The translations under genes and the position numbers were made by a program. DNA of 55,646 nucleotides, from assembly GCA_009602735.1 (NCBI GenBank), contig WELA01002297.1:216161-271806 (forward strand). The letters run 5' to 3'. The notes below the pieces were generated by a model, which searched no databases, was not told where the DNA came from, and worked only from the letters and a program-made list of their open reading frames with translations. Below are positions 52,888-55,646 of this stretch, one piece after another. The stretch is from Mesotaenium endlicherianum. Lineage: Eukaryota. Each line of letters starts with the position of its first letter. The first letter of the stretch is position 1.

Positions 52888-55562
52888 ATGGAAGCTTCAC
52901 CATCCACCGACACAGCTGCTGTGGCAGCTGCTCCCGTGGGAGCCACCCCCGCCACAGGAGACGTGTCTTTGGAGACTCCTGCTGCTGCTACAATTGACGC
53001 AGCAACCCAGTCTGCTGCTACCTCGACAGGTGGCAGCGCCCCAGCTGCGCCAGCTCTTCCAGAGACACTGATCCAGCTCAGCGATGAGCAAGCTGCAAAG
53101 ATCCTGCGGCAGGTGCGTTTCGCATGTGCATTTTTTTCTCGCCGTAGTTCATCATTAACACGCTTTGAAACCTGAGGCCCTTGTGGATCTAGAGGTGACC
53201 TACTTTACAACGCCAAAGCTCCAAATGCGCACAGCAACCGTCCTGCCATAGTCATGTCTGGGGTGGTATGTTTAACATTCTTCCAGGACTTTCTTTCTGG
53301 GATTATTTAACCTCAGGATCTGAAAGAGCCTAGACTGTTGTCCTTCTGAAAAGCAGTTACAAGCAACTGCAGGCCCTGACCCCTCTACGTTTACACTCAG
53401 CTGTTGCTCCCCGCGATATCTCACCTCCAACCATGACTCCCCCACAGTGTCTCCCCTTCCCAGGAATTTTAAGGAGGGGGAGGAAGCCGGGGGGGGAGGA
53501 AACAGAAGTAGTCTTCACCCTCCTCACCTCTGGCCCCGGTCAATAGAAGATTGTGGGGGGCTAGGGGGGGAGGCATGTGGATGGGGGGCGGTGGGGATTG
53601 GGCGGGAAGGTCAGTGCCGGGGGCTCAGAATGTTCAGGATTTAGGGGAAATGGAGGACAGCTTGTACTAAAAGCTTCGTGCAGCCCGGGGGGAAGAGATG
53701 TGAGGGAACAATTTTAGCAGTTCAGATGTAGCCAGATGAAGGGTAGGGCCGGCAGGCCCATGTAGGGTGTAACTGTTGTGCTTGTCAGTCCACCCAGTCG
53801 GCAGCTGCCGGGTGGGCGCTGCATGTAATTTTACAGAGGTGTACATCATCAGGTGTGTATCAGCGCCTCATGTGGCAGTCAGGGCAGGTGCATGTGCAAG
53901 AGGAGATGTTAATGTCCTCGTGGGGGTGGAAGGTGGAGGCGACGGAGGGCCTTGGCAGCAGCCAGGTGCAAGGGTTTAGGGTTTTTTCATAGTCAAAACC
54001 ATCTCAATGTCATTGGCGTGAGCGAGACGCTCTGGGGAGCTACGGGTCTGGAGACATAGTATTTGGCGCGCTATTCTACTTTGATTCATTGTGTTCGTTT
54101 CCCGTTTCTGAATCTTCTTCCGGCGGGAGCGTGTGTGAGATTACTAGTAGGACCAGAAGTTCCTCGTAGACCTGCTGCCACCTGGAGCGCTGTGACAACG
54201 CCAACGCGATGGTGGGGCTGGGCTGTGCTTGGGGTGAGGGTTATGAACTTCGGCCCAGCCACCAGCCATGAAGTGTACATGTGCTTGCGCGGTGTGCCCT
54301 TAAGCCTGTACCTGCCGAAAGCAGCCGTGGTCCACCCTGGCATGCTGACGCAGATCCTCCCGCTTGCCCATATGGCGCTTGGTCTCTTGACTTGGGTCTT
54401 CATGCGTGATCTCGCGTATGGGCATTCGTGCTTGCTGCATGCGTGCCTGAGTCCATGAGTGCGCGTGGGTGTGCCCCGTGTCTGGGCAGGTGGAGTTCTA
54501 TTTCAGTGACAGCAACCTGCCGCGCGACAAGTTTATGCTCGAGAAAATGGAGGGCGACGGCAGTATCCCCTCTTAAGCTGACACCTGCCCCCTCTCATGT
54601 GCTGACACCTGTTTCAAGCCCTCTCTGTCCTGCCTGCTACCCTTCCCCCCCCGTGGACACCATATTAGTGACTGACTCAGGCACCCAGAGTGGACTGGCA
54701 GTTGATTGGCTGCTGACTGAGGGTTGAGGTGGACGATGAGTTTGTGTGCATGGTGAACTTGTTTGCGGGGTGTGCGACGGCGTTGGGTAGCAAGCCAGCC
54801 ACCTGTAACGTGTAGTACCGAGTAGCCCCCCCCCCNGTGGCTGAGACACAAAGTAAGTCACGCCTGTGTGCGTCCACCTTGACCCTGGCAACGCCTCCTG
54901 GCCGGCCGCGTGTAGTGGTGTCGCTCGCGCTCCTGTGCTCGTTTGCGCGCATGCGGGACCACCTGGGCGTGAAGCGGCCCGGCGACGCCATGCCACCTGG
55001 CACGCTGGGGGCGGTGGCTGCTGTCCTGCGGAAGTCGCAGACGCTCCGCCTCTCGGACGACGGTGAGGCCCCCTCTGCCCCCCCACCTGCCCCCCCACTT
55101 TCTCTTCCGGCGCTCCCCCTCGCCCTTTTTAGGCACTGGCCTTGAAGGCCTCGTTGGCTCGAGAGTTTCTTCACTGAGAGTTGGGATTGTCACGTGGGTT
55201 GGGCGGTGTGTCATCTTGAGGAGGCACGGGGCTTTAAATTTGCACGCATTTTTAAGCTGCTTGTGAGGACTATGATGTGTGTGGCGGCGCAGCCGGTGTC
55301 ACTGCTGGAATGGTGCCCTTGCCCAGGCACTTTGGCGCGGCAGGTGAGATGCATTGCCTTCGTGTAATCTGATCAACTGAAACGCTCAGTAGTAAATTGG
55401 GGGTGTTGGGGGGGGGCAGGCACGCAGGTGGGCCGTGTGACGAAGCTGGGCGAGGTGAGCGAGGTGCAGGCGGCCATGGACCGGCGCACGCTGCACGCAC
55501 AGCCCTTCCCGTACAATGCGTCTCTGGAGGACATCTCCGCCTTCTTTGCCGACTTTGGGGAG
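52888..55562 (+). CDS. La: La protein (La motif + start of RRM1); 3'-partial, continues beyond the window
   Basis: Exons 52888-53112, 54490-54562, 54916-55062, 55420-55562; phases consistent. La motif: KILRQVEFYFSDSNLPRDKFML..VSLALLCSFARMRDHL..LRKSQTLRLSDDGTQVGR. RRM start: RTLHAQPFPYNASLEDISAFFADFGE. Confidence 0.9.
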
Positions 55563-55646
55563 GTGCCATTCGCTCTCCCGCTCTTGCTCTTGGACACAAT
55601 GATAATTATGATTGGGCCGTTGTGAGATTGGAGTTGGGGGGGGGGG

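Noticed and set aside
53971..53985. Telomere-like AGGGTTTAGGGTTTT (telo-box) in La intron 1
   Set aside because: Only two units and far from the presumed TSS; cannot be distinguished from chance.

Overview
Eukaryotic, intron-rich, GC-rich nuclear DNA. The gene families are land-plant-like but the intron style is unusual, so the source is probably a streptophyte (charophyte-type) green alga (inference). I reconstructed seven spliced genes by hand from GT-AG junctions with consistent reading phase: (1) the 3' part of a papain-family (C1A) cysteine protease fused to two EGF-like and four Cys-containing LysM domains (+); (2) a GT23/alpha-1,6-fucosyltransferase-like gene (+, 5' end unresolved); (3) a PHT4/SLC17 anion transporter with a transit-peptide-like N-terminus (-); (4) a NodH-like type II membrane sulfotransferase (+); (5) a PLAC8-family Cys-rich protein with a GYPPQ tail (+); (6) an Alba/Rpp25-like protein with a long RGG tail (-); (7) the 5' part of a La protein (+), head-to-head with Alba. 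A 5.1-kb apparently identical tandem duplication joined by a single N (20662-30896) is probably an assembly artefact. Highlights: the protease-EGF-LysM architecture; many introns that start C-rich and end G-rich with no polypyrimidine tract; and close linkage of LysM, NodZ/FUT8-family and NodH-like genes. Most entries in the ORF track are spurious.
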